64,000 nt of DNA from the human T2T-CHM13v2.0 reference genome, Homo sapiens (GCF_009914755.1 NC_060943.1); one strand, 5' to 3'. Shown: positions 38,474-56,196, numbered from the stretch's first letter. Notes: generated by a model from the sequence alone, not told the origin. Numbers and translations are program-made.

Positions 38474-38512
<39 letters not shown>

Positions 38513-38668
38513 TTTTGCATCTGTGAGTATATTTCCTTATGGATTTGTCGGGATATGTTTGTGTCCAAGGGCAGTGGATATTTGCAATGGTTGGAAAGTG
38601 TGTCTGTGGGTGTGTTTAGTGTGTGTCTGTAAGTGTGGCTGGCTGGGGAGGCCAAGGCGGGCGGATCA

Positions 38669-39009
<341 letters not shown>

Positions 39010-39711
39010 TCAGCTGTGGACCTATAAGTGTGTTGGACATCAGAGTTGTGACTGTCTCCGGGTGTGTGTGTGTGTGTGTGTGCTGTAAGTGTACAACAGA
39101 AAGCATTTGAGTATCTGTGTATATTCAAGTGTCAAGTGCCTGGATGTGTGTGGGTGTCCCTGGAAGGTGTGTCTCAGGGTGTTTGTACATCTGTGAGTGT
39201 AAAGTGGATGTGTGTTTCTGTCTCTGGGTGTGTCCATGGAGGGGATGGGTCCTGATGGGGACAGCCCACCTAGGTTCTGGCTGAGGCCCATGGGCTCTGA
39301 TGCCCCTTTAATACCCCCCCACCCCCAGCACCACCTGACATCCCATGCAGCCTGCCAGTGCTGCAGTGAGCACACACGCACACACACGGGTGCACACACA
39401 GAGCTCCGCAGCCTCCTCCTGGGACCCTTGCCCTGCCCCCCTCCCATGGGCACGGACCCCCCACCGCCTCCACCCACTGCCGCGGGGGGGCCCGTTGGGG
39501 CCCAGGGCTGGCGGGCCATGTAACCAGGGCTGCTGCTGGGAGCGCGGAGGGGAAGGGAGCCCCCAGCCCTGCTGGGCCGGCCCAGGCCCCTCCGCGGCTC
39601 CCCCTTCCACTACCCACCTGCCCGGCACCCCCTCCCCAGTGGTTGTTAACCCCGGGACTCCCCAAGCCCAGCCTCTGTGTGCAGCAGCCCCAGGCGGGCT
39701 AAGTCTCCAAG

Positions 39712-39777
39712 ATGCCCTTGGTGGATTTCTTCTGCGAGACCTGCTCTAAGCCTTGGCTGGTGGGCTGGTGGGACCAG
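39712..39777 (+). CDS. PDE4A: PDE4A1 super-short first exon MPLVDFFCETCSKPWLVGWWDQ (TAPAS-1 membrane-targeting segment)
   Basis: 66 nt, donor cag|gtagga in phase 0, matching exon 7. Confidence 0.95.
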
Positions 39778-41276
39778 GTAGGAGAGTGCAGGGTAGGGGG
39801 TGGGCGGGCATCCTGGTGAGCTGGGCCCCCGGTGTGGGCTTGTGTGTGCAGCTGTGCACGTGTGTGGCCTGGAGATGAAGCCTTGTGACTGTCTCTGTGT
39901 GTGGCCCAGGGCTGGGCGTGGATGGCGGGCAGCTGGGGGTGTGTGACTCTCCCTGGGGGTGGACTGCGGGTCCCTCACTGGGTGTGACTGTGTCAGTGCC
40001 TGGATGTGTGTGTGTGTGTCTGCGATGGTGTGTGTCTGCCTGAGTATAGGCTTGTTTGCCTGGGTCACTGTGTGGCCCTGTCTGAGATCATCTGGCTCTG
40101 ACCATGGTGTTGTGTGTTGGGTTGTGTGTCTGAGCCCAGAGCTGCCTGATATTTTGGGGACATGTGACCCCAAATGTCAGTGACCGCCTTATTTTGCATG
40201 CCCTTTGATCTGTGTGTCTGGGCTGTGTGACGCTGTGTAGGACTGAGAGCCTGTGATTGTGTGTGTGGTTGTGTGAGATTTTGTGGGTCCATCTTGTGTG
40301 GATGTGTGTGTCTCTGTACCCAGGGTCTCTGGGTGGCACCGGGAGGAGGGAGCACCCCGTCCAAGCCTGGGCCATGCAGGCTCACCCCTCCTGCCAAGTG
40401 TCCCTCCTGCTTCCCTGGACAGAGTCTGCTCCTGCTTTTGGGGTGCTGTGGCAGAGCTTGGGGGTGGGGAGCCAATGCCCTTTCTCCTCTGTGTACAATG
40501 TCACAGCAGAGGCCTGTGCAGAGTGGCATGGGGGGACCAGGAGGGGCCTCCAAGCCCGGTTTTGGGTATACTCTGTTCATCTGTGCATCTGTCCACCCTT
40601 CTGGGGTTGGGGGAGAGTGGGCTATGATGAGAACCCCCCTCCCCCTCCCCTGGGTGATCAAACTGGGATTTCCTCAGCTCACCATTCTCCCCTACCCCGG
40701 CCAAACCTTTTTGTCCCCCAGAGCTTGGCTACCACGTTCCCTTTTTCCAAACTGAGCTGGAGGCCAGGAGCCAGGACCCCCAGGATTGGGGTCCATGTCT
40801 GGGAACACTTGGGTCAGGGGCAGCTCTAGGAAGGCAAGGGTTAAGGGGCCTCCGGCTTGCCCCCCTTTTCCCCAGCTCAGCAGCTGGTTGGAGGGGGAGT
40901 TGCTAAGGAGACTCCCATCGCCATGGCGACGGGATTCTCCTGCTTCCCTATTGGCTCCCTGTTAGGCAGGAGCCCCTCCCTTCCACAGGTGCCCCTCTAG
41001 CTCCTCCTTGGGGGAGATGAGGAGGGAAGCCCCTCTTTCCTCAGGCAGGGAGGGTTATGCTGACCATGACTCCCCAAACCTGGGGACCTCCATCCAGAGC
41101 TGGGAGGACAGGAAAGGCTGACCCCAACCCCCCAGCAGTCTTATAGGGGCTCTGTTGGCTGAGCAGAAAAATAGGAGGGACTCATGGGGTCTTCAGGCGT
41201 TCTTGGGAAGGACTGACACCCTCCTCACCACTGTGCTTCCCCCATCATTTCTTCCTTGTTGACTCCTTTACCTTAG

Positions 41277-41375
<99 letters not shown>

Positions 41376-41615
41376 TGAGGGGAAGCACGTGGGATTGGAG
41401 GGGGGACATTTGGGGTAGAGAGGGGGCTGCCCCTGACCGTGGGTCCTGTTGCTCACATCTTCCCAGGGACTCTGACTCTCAACTCCCCAAAGGTCACAGT
41501 CACCCTATCCAGGAACCCTCATGTTCCTGATGCCTCCAAACTCTGTGGGACCCCCAGCTTCTATAGAGCCCAACATCTGAAATCATCTGTGAGCTTAAAA
41601 CCCTTCTAAACTTTA

Positions 41616-41931
<316 letters not shown>

Positions 41932-42540
41932 TTAGCCGGGCATGGTGGTGTGTGCTTGTAATCTCAGCTACTTGGGAGGCTGAGGCAAGAGAATCTCTTG
42001 AACTCAGGAGACAGAGGTTGCAGTGAGCCAAGATCACACCACTGCGTTCCAGCCTGGGCAATAGAGTGAGACTCCGTCTCAAAACAAACAAACAAACAAA
42101 CACCTCTTTGTTTTAGCACTCACTTGAACCCGGGAGGCAGAGGTTGCAGTGAGCTGAGATCACGCCACTGCTGCACTCCAGCCTGGGCAACAGAGTGAGA
42201 CTCTGTCTCAAAAAATAAACAAAAAAAAAGCCTCCAAGCTGAAAAGCCTCCTGAACTGAGTAGAACCCCAAATTCAATAGAATTTCCAAACTTGGATTGA
42301 CTCCCTTCCAAACTCAGTAGACACACCCAAACTCAAGAGAGATGCCCAAACTCAGTAGAGTTCTCAAACTTAAGGGAAGTTCTGTGCTTCCGAGTCCACA
42401 AAAGGCCCCCCAACTTTAGCAACCTCCAAACTGAAAAACCCCCAAATTCAATAGGATCTCCAAACTTGGTATGACCCCCCCCCAATTCAGTAGACTCCCA
42501 AAATGTTAGAACCCTAATCTCTAGAAGATTATCAAGCTTA

Positions 42541-42687
<147 letters not shown>

Positions 42688-42971
42688 CTAGGCCGGGCGC
42701 AGTGGCTCACGCCTGTAATCCCAGCATTTTGGAAGGCCGAGGTGGGCAGATCATGAGGTCAGGAGTTCAAGACCAGCCTGACCAACATGGTGAAACGCCA
42801 TCTCTACTAAAAATACAAAAATTAGCTGCGCGTGTTGGCACACACCTGTAATCTCAGCTACTCAGGAGGCTGAGGCAGGAGAATTGCTTCAACCTGGGAG
42901 ATGGAGGTTGCAGTGAGCTGAGATAGCGTCACTGCACTCCAGCCTGGGTGACAGAGTGAGACTCCATCTCA

Positions 42972-43139
<168 letters not shown>

Positions 43140-44325
43140 TCAAAAAAACTAACACCTGTAAGATTCCTAATTCAATGGAACCCCAAATGCACCAGAATAC
43201 CCCGAATTCACTGGAACCCTTAAGTTCATGGGTACCTCAAAACCCTCAAGCTAGAGATATTCCCCCAAACTCAGGATAATTTAATCCTCGCAGTTTATCA
43301 CTACACTCCAAAGGCCCCCAAATTCGGGAACCGCCCAGACAAGCTCAAGAAAAGTGTTGGGGCTGGGTGCGGTGGCTCACGCCTGTAATCCCAGCACTTT
43401 GGGAGGCCGAGGCAGGCGGATCACTTGAGGTCAGGAGTTCAAGACCAGCCTGGCCAACATGATGAAACTCCATCTCTACTAAAAATGTAAAAATTAGCCG
43501 GGCGCGGTGGCGGGTGCCTGTAATCTCAGCTACTCGGGAGGCTGAGGTAGGAAAATCGCTTGAACCCGGGAGGTGGAGGCTACAGTGAGCCAGAGATCGT
43601 GCCACTGCACTCCAGCCTGGGCAACAGAGCAAGACTCTGTCTCAAGAAAAAAAGTGTTCGGTGTTTCCAGTACTCCCACCAGTGAGGGTGTGTCTCTGAG
43701 TTCTGAGGATCCACCCAATGGGAGCATAACATGTAAATGACCCGTATTAGGCCTTTTCATTGACTAGCTAGCTCCAGGTCACAATGGGTGACCTTGGCTC
43801 AGCTCTGGAAGCCCCTGAAAGCTCAGGAAAAGGGTTCCTGGGGCTGTCCCCCAGGCAGGCTGGTGCCAAGGTGGGCGGGGGGGGGGGGGGGGGCAGGGAC
43901 ATGGAGCCAGAGACCACCCTTCCCTCTCTCTTCCCAGTGATGCCACCCCCCACACCAGCACTCTTGGCCCCCATGCTGGGATCTTCCCCACCCAGAAAGG
44001 TTCCCTGGGTGTTCGGGGTAGGCAGCGGCTCTCCCTGGCATCCCCACCTCGCTTTCTGACTTCCCACACCACTCTCCATCCATATCTGATGATCAGACCG
44101 GGGCCATCCCAGAGCCCTGGGCCCCCACTCCAGCCCACCACCTCCTGGAAGATTTCCCACATCCCCTCTGGTTTCCTGACTCTGAGTAGCCAGCGGCATC
44201 ACAGCTGAAAGGGTTCTGCCGTTTCGGGTGAGCCTTCCCCGTACGTGGTAGTGGGCTGAAGAATAAGGGAGCCTCCAGGGGTGGAAGGGGTGTTCACACT
44301 TGTTCCTGCTCCCCATCTTCTGCAG

Positions 44326-44549
44326 ACAAACAGAATGAAGTGGAGATCCCATCACCCACGATGAAGGAACGAGAAAAACAGCAAGCGCCGCGACCAAGAC
44401 CCTCCCAGCCGCCCCCGCCCCCTGTACCACACTTACAGCCCATGTCCCAAATCACAGGGTTGAAAAAGTTGATGCATAGTAACAGCCTGAACAACTCTAA
44501 CATTCCCCGATTTGGGGTGAAGACCGATCAAGAAGAGCTCCTGGCCCAA
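44326..44549 (+). CDS. PDE4A: Exon 8 (LR2 proline-rich [12 protein letters not shown]; start of the catalytic unit)
   Basis: ctgcag| ... caa|gtgggt, 224 nt. Confidence 0.95.
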
Positions 44550-44626
44550 GTGGGTGGGGGCTCAGTAGGGGCAGGGCTGGAGGGGGTGGTCTCCTGGGAC
44601 CCTGAGAAGGACTGGGCATTGGGTTA

Positions 44627-44870
44627 TGTCTTAGGCCAGGTTTCCCAGAAGCAGAGCTTGAGATGAGGGTTTGAGCCCATCTTGAGGCAAGCATGCTGGC
44701 TCTTTGTACCTCTGTATCATTCATTGCTTGGGGGCCGTCCCCAGGGCTGGACGTATCACCTCTTGCATGTAGCTCCTGTTGGGACTAGTCTTCTGGAAAT
44801 GCAGGCAGCTGTGAGCCTTAGCAGGCAACACTCCCAGCTGCAGAGGGATTGGTGTACACAGCAGTGACGC
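44627..44870. mobile_element. MLT1-type LTR fragment
   Basis: tgtcttaggccaggtttcccagaagcagagcttgagatg resembles the recalled terminus of MLT1 LTRs. Confidence 0.5.
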
Positions 44871-45192
44871 TAATCCAGACTGTGCCCCCATAGTGTCCCC
44901 AACAGTCCAGACCGGTGTTTCACTCCTAGCTCTTCCAGGGGACAGCGGCAGTGGAAGTGATCCATCTTTGGTGGCTCACTCAGCTGAGGCTTATTGTAAC
45001 CCTCTTTGAGCCACCTCCTCCAGTGAATCTTCCATTCAGTCACCTGGCCTTTAGTTATTTATTTTTATTTATTTATTTATTTTGAGATGGAGACTCGCTC
45101 TGTTGCCCAGGTTGGAGTGCAGTAGTGTGATCTCGGCTCAAGGCAACCTCCACCTCCTGGGTTCAAGCAATACTCCTGCCTCACCCTCCTGA

Positions 45193-45378
<186 letters not shown>

Positions 45379-45748
45379 TAAGCAGCTACTATGTGCTGGC
45401 CCTTTTCTGAATTCTGGAGAGACATGGAAAATAAGCCCTTCTTCCTTTCTCCCCTGGGGCTCGTGAACAGCTTAGCTAAGAGGCTGAGCTGTGCTGGGGG
45501 CCAGTCGTGCTGGGTTCCTATCCTAGCTTTGCCACTTATGAGCTGCATGATCTTGGAGAAGTCACATCGCCTCTCTGAGCCTTGGTGCCTTCACCTGCCA
45601 AACGAGATCAAGTGCTTAGAGCAATACTTGGCAGATCATAAGTACTCAAAAGACAGTGGCTGTGATTGCTTTCGCTATTTTGCAGCCCAGTAGGACGAGG
45701 GCAGTACATTCTGTGCTGTTGAACCTGTCACCCACTGGGTGAGCAATA

Positions 45749-45847
45749 ATGGTGCTTCCTTCAGACCAAGGCTTCAAACTCCTAGGAAATGTTCTCCAGG
45801 GCCCTGAGCCTTACAGGCTTCTGACCTCTGGCCTCCGTCTCCACCAG
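45749..45847 (+). CDS. PDE4A: PDE4A7-specific N-terminal extension MVLPSDQGFKLLGNVLQGPEPYRLLTSGLRLHQ (intronic, contiguous with exon 9)
   Basis: ataATGg, 33 codons in frame with ELENLNKW; recognised as the PDE4A7 N-terminus. Confidence 0.8.
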
Positions 45848-45946
45848 GAACTGGAGAACCTGAACAAGTGGGGCCTGAACATCTTTTGCGTGTCGGATTA
45901 CGCTGGAGGCCGCTCACTCACCTGCATCATGTACATGATATTCCAG
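45848..45946 (+). CDS. PDE4A: Exon 9
   Basis: accag| ... cag|gtgatg, 99 nt, ELENLNKWGLNIF. Confidence 0.96.
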
Positions 45947-46042
45947 GTGATGGGGACAGCTGGGAGTGGGCCCGGGTGAGGGGCTCATAGCGGGGCGCTG
46001 GAGGCCGGTGGAGGTCACCACCCTGCCCCTGCCTGCTCTCAG

Positions 46043-46207
46043 GAGCGGGACCTGCTGAAGAAATTCCGCATCCCTGTGGACACGATGGTGACATACATGC
46101 TGACGCTGGAGGATCACTACCACGCTGACGTGGCCTACCATAACAGCCTGCACGCAGCTGACGTGCTGCAGTCCACCCACGTACTGCTGGCCACGCCTGC
46201 ACTAGAT
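46043..46207 (+). CDS. PDE4A: Exon 10 ([10 protein letters not shown] metal-binding motif)
   Basis: ctcag| ... gat|gtgagt, 165 nt. Confidence 0.97.
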
Positions 46208-46284
46208 GTGAGTGACTGCCCTGTGAGTGACCGTCCCCATCTCTCTTTGTGACTGCCTCTTCAGCCTCCTGTGTGTCTCTCTGA

Positions 46285-46452
<168 letters not shown>

Positions 46453-46573
46453 TGAGTAGCTGGGACTACAGGTGCCCACCACCACGCCTGGCTAAGTTTT
46501 TATAATATTTTTAGTAGAGATGGTGTTTCGCCAAGTTGGACAGGCTGGTCTCAAACTCCCAACCTCGTGATCA

Positions 46574-47033
<460 letters not shown>

Positions 47034-47046
47034 TCACCTGAGGTCA

Positions 47047-47244
<198 letters not shown>

Positions 47245-47450
47245 TCAAAAAAAAAAAAAAAAAGAAAGAAAATTAAATTTGAGACAGGGCCTTGCTATGT
47301 TGCCCAGGATGGCCTCGAACTTCTGGCCTTGAAGTCCTAGGCTCAAGTGATCCTCCCATCTCAGCCTCCTAAGTAGGTGAGACAAACAGGTGCTCACCAC
47401 CATGCATGGCTTCAACTCTGTTATTCTAACATCCGTGTCTCTGCTCCCAG

Positions 47451-47550
47451 GCAGTGTTCACGGACCTGGAGATTCTCGCCGCCCTCTTCGCGGCTGCCAT
47501 CCACGATGTGGATCACCCTGGGGTCTCCAACCAGTTCCTCATCAACACCA
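47451..47550 (+). CDS. PDE4A: Exon 11 ([13 protein letters not shown], PDEase signature)
   Basis: cccag| ... a|gtgagt, 100 nt. Confidence 0.97.
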
Positions 47551-47599
47551 GTGAGTGGCCCTCGCCAGGGGCGGGGTTTGCTGAGTTGGAGGCGGTGTT

Positions 47600-47910
47600 G
47601 GCCAGGCTGGGGGCGGAACTAACTAGGCTGGAGGAGGGGCTGGCTGGCCTGGGGGCGGGGCTGGCTGGCCTGGAAAGGGGATGGCCGGGCAGGAGGCGGG
47701 GCTGGGGGCGGGGCTGGCTGGGCTGGAAAGGGGATGGCCGGGCAGGAGGCGGGGCTGGCTGGGCTGGAAAGGGGATGAACGGGCAGGAGGCGGGGCTGGG
47801 GGCGGGGCTGGCTGGGCTGGAAAGGGGATGGCCGGGCTGGGGTAGAGCTGACTGGGCTGGAGGCGAGGCTGGCCGGGCTGGGGAGGGGTTAGCTAGTTGG
47901 GGGCGGAGCT
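47600..47910 (+). repeat. G-rich minisatellite (53/41/53-nt spacing) in intron 11
   Basis: tggaaaggggatg starts at 47671, 47724, 47765 and 47818. Confidence 0.85.
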
Positions 47911-47972
47911 GGCCCTCCTGCGGTTGGAGCTGCACACGTGGGCCCTCCCCTGACCTCCGGGCTGGGCTGCAG

Positions 47973-48127
47973 ATTCGGAGCTGGCGCTCATGTACAACGA
48001 TGAGTCGGTGCTCGAGAATCACCACCTGGCCGTGGGCTTCAAGCTGCTGCAGGAGGACAACTGCGACATCTTCCAGAACCTCAGCAAGCGCCAGCGGCAG
48101 AGCCTACGCAAGATGGTCATCGACATG
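47973..48127 (+). CDS. PDE4A: Exon 12 ([17 protein letters not shown])
   Basis: ctgcag| ... atg|gtgggc, 155 nt. Confidence 0.96.
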
Positions 48128-48170
48128 GTGGGCGGGGCTGGGGCGGGACGGAGCGGGAAAGGAAGCCTAG

Positions 48171-48467
<297 letters not shown>

Positions 48468-48517
48468 TAAGGAGGGAGGACACTCCCCCAGCCACACCTT
48501 TAGGTCTGGGTAGCTAA

Positions 48518-48835
<318 letters not shown>

Positions 48836-50203
48836 TGATCCCCCCCCGCCCCCCGCCTTGGCCTCCCAAAGTGCTGGGATTACAGGCGTGAGCCACCGCG
48901 CTCAGCCCTCTTTTTTTAAATTTATTTTTATTTACTTTGTATGTTTAAAGGAGAGTTGGGGTCTCACTATGTCACCCAGTCTGGTCTCAAACTCCTGAGC
49001 TGAAGTTATCCTCCTGTCTTGGCCTGCCAAAGTGCTGGGATAGCTGGCGTGAGCCACCACACCTGACCTCTTTCTGTCTGTCCCCTTCTCCATCTTCACT
49101 TTCCAATCCCATCTCTCCTTCCCATCTCTCCCACCATTTCCTCCCATTTCCCCCAATTCCTCCTTTCTTCTCATCAACTCCTTCCAGGTCCCCTGTCCCT
49201 CTCCCTAACCATCTTCTCTTCCCTCACCCCCCTTCCGACTCCTCCCATATTTTCTCCATCTCCCACACACCTCTCCCCGTTACCTCCTCTGTTCTCTGTT
49301 CTCCCCACCTTCTCTCCCTACTCCCTCCCTCCCCAGGTGGGAGATAAGAAAGCCTGAAAGCTGGGTGTGGTGGCTCACGCCTATAATCTCAACTACTCCA
49401 GAGGCTGAGGCAGGAGGACTGTTTGAGGCCAGGAGTTTGAGACCAGCCAGAGCAACATTGCAAGATCCTCTTTTCCTTTCCTTTCCTGTCCTGTCCTGTC
49501 CTGTCCTTTCCTTTCCTTCTTCTTTCTCTTTCTTCTTTTCTGTTTTTGGTTTTTTTTTTTTTGAGATCGGGTCTCTCTGTCACCCAGACTAGAGGGCACG
49601 GATCTTGGTTCCCTGCAAACTCCGCCTCCTGGGCTGCAGCAATTCTCCTGCCTCAGCCTCTAGCGTAGCTGGGATTACAGGTGCCTACCACCAGACCTGG
49701 CTAATTTTTGTATTTTTAGTAGAGATGGGGTTTCGCCATCTTGGCCAGGCCGATCTCAAATTCATGACCTCAAGTGATCTGCCCACCTTGGCCTCCCAAA
49801 GTGCTGTGATTACAGATGTGAGCCACCGCGCCCAGCCCCATTCTTTTTTTTTTTTTTTTTTTTTCTGAGATGGAGTCTCACTCTGTCGCCCAGGCTGGAG
49901 GGCAGTGGCTTGATCTCGGCTCACGGCAACCTCCGCCTCCTGGGTTCAAGCAATTCTCCTGCCTCAGCCCCACTATAGCTGGGATTACAGGCATGTGCCA
50001 CCATGCCTGGCTAATTTTTTTGTATTTTTAGTAGAGACAGGGTTTCACCATGTTGGCCAGGCTGGTCTTGAACTCCTGACCTCATGATCCACCCGTCTCA
50101 GCATCCCAAAGTACTGGAATTACAGGCGTGAGCCACAGTGCCTGGCCCCCATTTCTTAAAAAAGAAGGAATGCCTGAGGTCTCAGACTGGGACACAGGCA
50201 TAG

Positions 50204-50482
<279 letters not shown>

Positions 50483-50485
50483 TGA

Positions 50486-50779
<294 letters not shown>

Positions 50780-51534
50780 TGATCTACCCGCCTTGGCCTC
50801 CCAAAATGCCAGGATTACAAGTGTGAGCCACTGCGCCCAGCCTCCTGTTTTTCTTTTATTTAGGTTTTATTTATTTATTTTGAGACCGGGTCTTGCACTG
50901 TTGCCCAGGGTAGCATGCAGTGGTGTGATCATAGCTCACTGCAGCCTTGAATTCCTGGGCTCAAGCGATCTTCCTGCCTCAGCCTCCAGAGTAGCTGAGA
51001 ATACAGGTGCACACCACCACACCTAGCTAATTTTTTAAAATTTTTTGTCGAGACAGGGATTTGCTATGTTGCCAGACTTGTCTTGAACTCCTGGGCTCAA
51101 ACCTTGGCCTCCCAAAGTGCTGGGATATGGGGTGAGTCACCATACCCGGCCTTGTTTTCATTTTTCTTTTTCTTTTTTTTCTGAGACAGGGTCTCATTGT
51201 GCCACCCAGGCTGGAGTGCAGGGGCGTGATCTTGGCTCACTGCAACCTCCACCTCCTGGGCTAAAATGATCCTCCACCCCCGCCTCCAGAGTGGCTGGGA
51301 CTATAGGCGTGCACCACCACACTCGGCTAATTTTTGTATTTTTCATGGAGATGGGGTTCTGTCATGTTGCCCAGGCTGGTCTCGAACTCCTGGGCTCACT
51401 CAGTCTGCCTCCCTCAGCCTCCCAAAGTGCTGGGATTACAGGGGTGAGCCACCCTGCCTGGCCCCTCCCCACTTTATATCCTCCCTGGTGAAACCCAACC
51501 ATCTGAGTTTGATGTCTCTACCCGTCCAGACCTG

Positions 51535-52050
<516 letters not shown>

Positions 52051-52064
52051 CCATGGAAAACTAA

Positions 52065-52262
<198 letters not shown>

Positions 52263-52661
52263 TAGGTGGGATTACATGTGCCCACCACCATGCCCTGCTA
52301 ATTTTTGTATTTTTAGTAGAGACAGGGTTTCACCATGTTGGCCAGGCTGGTCTTGAACTCCAGACATCAGGTGATCCACCCACCTCAGCCTCCCAAAGTG
52401 CTGGGATTACAGGCGTGAGCCACTGCATCCGGCCTACTTTTTTTTTTTTTTCCTGAGACGGAGTCTCGCTCTGATGCCTAGGCTGGAGTGCAATGGCACA
52501 ATCTCGGCTCACTGCAACTTCCACCTCCCAGGTTCAAGCAATTCTCCCTGCCTCAGCCTCCCGAGTAGCTGGAATTGCATTTAGCTTTTTAAAAAATAGG
52601 CCAGGTGCAGTGGCTCACGCCTGTAATCCCAGCACTTTGGGAGGCCGAGGTGGGCTGATCA

Positions 52662-53006
<345 letters not shown>

Positions 53007-53066
53007 TCATTGCAATCTCCGCCTCCCAGGTTCAAGCGATTCTGTCTCAGCCTCCCAAGTAGCTGA

Positions 53067-54058
<992 letters not shown>

Positions 54059-56075
54059 TCCCCAGACCTCTGTCCCTGTTCCCCTCCACTCCTCCCCTCA
54101 CTCCCCTGCTCCCCCGACCACCTCCTCCTCTGCCTCAAAGACTCTTGTCCTCTTGTCCCTCCTGAGAAAAAAGAAAACGAAAAGTGGGGTTTTTTTCTGT
54201 TTTCTTTTTTTCCCCTTTCCCCCTGCCCCCACCCACGGGGCCTTTTTTTGGAGGTGGGGGCTGGGGAATGAGGGGCTGAGGTCCCGGAAGGGATTTTATT
54301 TTTTTGAATTTTAATTGTAACATTTTTAGAAAAAGAACAAAAAAAGAAAAAAAAAAGAAAGAAACACAGCAACTGTAGATGCTCCTGTTCCTGGTTCCCG
54401 CTTTCCACTTCCAAATCCCTCCCCTCACCTTCCCCCACTGCCCCCCAAGTTCCAGGCTCAGTCTTCCAGCCGCCTGGGGAGTCTCTACCTGGGCCCAAGC
54501 AGGTGTGGGGCCTCCTTCTGGGCTTTTCTTCTGAATTTAGAGGATTTCTAGAACGTGGTCAGGAATAGCCATTCTAGGCGGGGCTGGGGCCAGGGTGGGG
54601 GGCAGTCACTGTGGGAGGTCCCAGCTCCAGCCCCCCTCTGGTTTGCTGCCTCCTCTCCCCTCTAAAAAAGTCTTCCGCTTGATTTTGCACAATCCCGGCG
54701 ATACTCCTGGCGATACTGACTAGAAAGTCAGGGAGCTGGGGGAGCTGTTCACTTTAGGATACGGGGGTGGTATGGAAGGGAGCGTTCACACCGCCAGCCT
54801 CGGGCCTGGGATTTGAGGAGGGCCCTAGACCTCCTCCACTCTCCATCCCCTTTCCCTTCCACTTTGGGTTCACTTTGAATTTTCTCCGTTTTTTGGGGCA
54901 GTGGCTCTGATCCACTCACCCCCCCGCCCCCCGCCCCACTTCTAGCTGCTTCTCCTCTTGTTTCTGCCTTAATAATTCCCACGGCCACAGGCAAGGGGGT
55001 TGCAGTGGCCGCCTGCACCTTGGATGAGGCAGGGCCAGGCGCCCAGAACCCCCATCCTGGCCGCACCCCCCTTTCCAGGGTCCTCCGGACCCCACCTTCC
55101 ACACTCTGATCACAGCCCCCCTACCTTTTGCCCTAGGAGGAAGCAATAATGGTGTATACCCTCATTCTCATTCCTGGGCAGCCCTTCCTTCCACCCTGGC
55201 ACCAAAATAATTTCTCCTCCATCCGTACCTTGCCGAGCCTCTCCCTCTCCCCCAGCTAGTCCCTGAGCAATACGGCAGACAGATGCAAGACCATTTTTCT
55301 CCAAGCCATGGGGGACTGTTTGGAAGGAAAGCCCCCTCTCTCCCTCCTCCCCTCGCCCTCGGCCTGGTTCTGCAGCTGGACCGACCTCATTCATCGCCTG
55401 CCCCCTACCCAATTCTGAGCACACGGTACTGTAGCCCCCAGTTCCTCCCTAGCCTTCCATCCCTCTGTCCACCCCAGGGGGAGGTAACCCCGCACTCACA
55501 CTCCCTTGATGCTGTCTGTACAGGGTTCATATTTTGTAGCGAAAGTCGTTTTTGTCCCAGCCGGCGATCGGAGTGGGCCTTTTCTTTCTTTTTGTTCATT
55601 CTTTACCTTTTTTTCTTTTCTTTCTTTCTTTTTTGTACATACTGTAAGGTTGGTTTGTAAATTATTCTACGGAGGCAAAAAGGGAAAATAAAAACTTGCC
55701 CTTCCCTGGCTGACCCAGTCGGGAAGGTAGGGAAGGAGGTCTCCCGTTGGGAGAGTCTCTGTTCCTGCTGTATTATACAAACTGTACCATAGTCCTGGGA
55801 AAAGGGTGGACTCACCGCTGTTGTTTTATGGGAAGTCGTGTCATCCTAGGGGTTGGGGCTGGGCAGAGCCTGTCCCCTCCCCCCTTCTCCAGGAGCCAGG
55901 GGGTGACTGGAGAGACAGACCCACCCCCAAGCAGGGCTCCTCTCCCCAGGGTGAGCACAGGACCTCTGTAAGCTGCTTGTGTATTGTCCACTTTGACGAT
56001 CAGTCATTCGGTCCGTTGATCAATAATCCTTCGATCTTGTCTCCAATTAAACCGAGGCTTTCACCGATTTTCCTG
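54059..56075 (+). other. PDE4A: PDE4A 3' UTR (about 2 kb, free of interspersed repeats)
   Basis: Alu-free stretch after the stop codon, with U-rich elements, TGTACATA at 55634 and poly(A) hexamers. Confidence 0.75.
56046..56051 (+). terminator. Poly(A) signal ATTAAA (likely the main site)
   Basis: Upstream TGTA motifs and a downstream GU-rich tgttgtttgttg near 56098. Alus resume shortly after. Confidence 0.6.
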
Positions 56076-56196
56076 GCTGATGTGGCTTCATTCCCCATGT
56101 TGTTTGTTGAGGTGTCTCCCCGCTGCACCGTCTGCTTGGGTTGGGGAGGGAGTTTCTGTCCCTACTTGTTCCCCAGCAGACGGAATTGTGAAGTAG

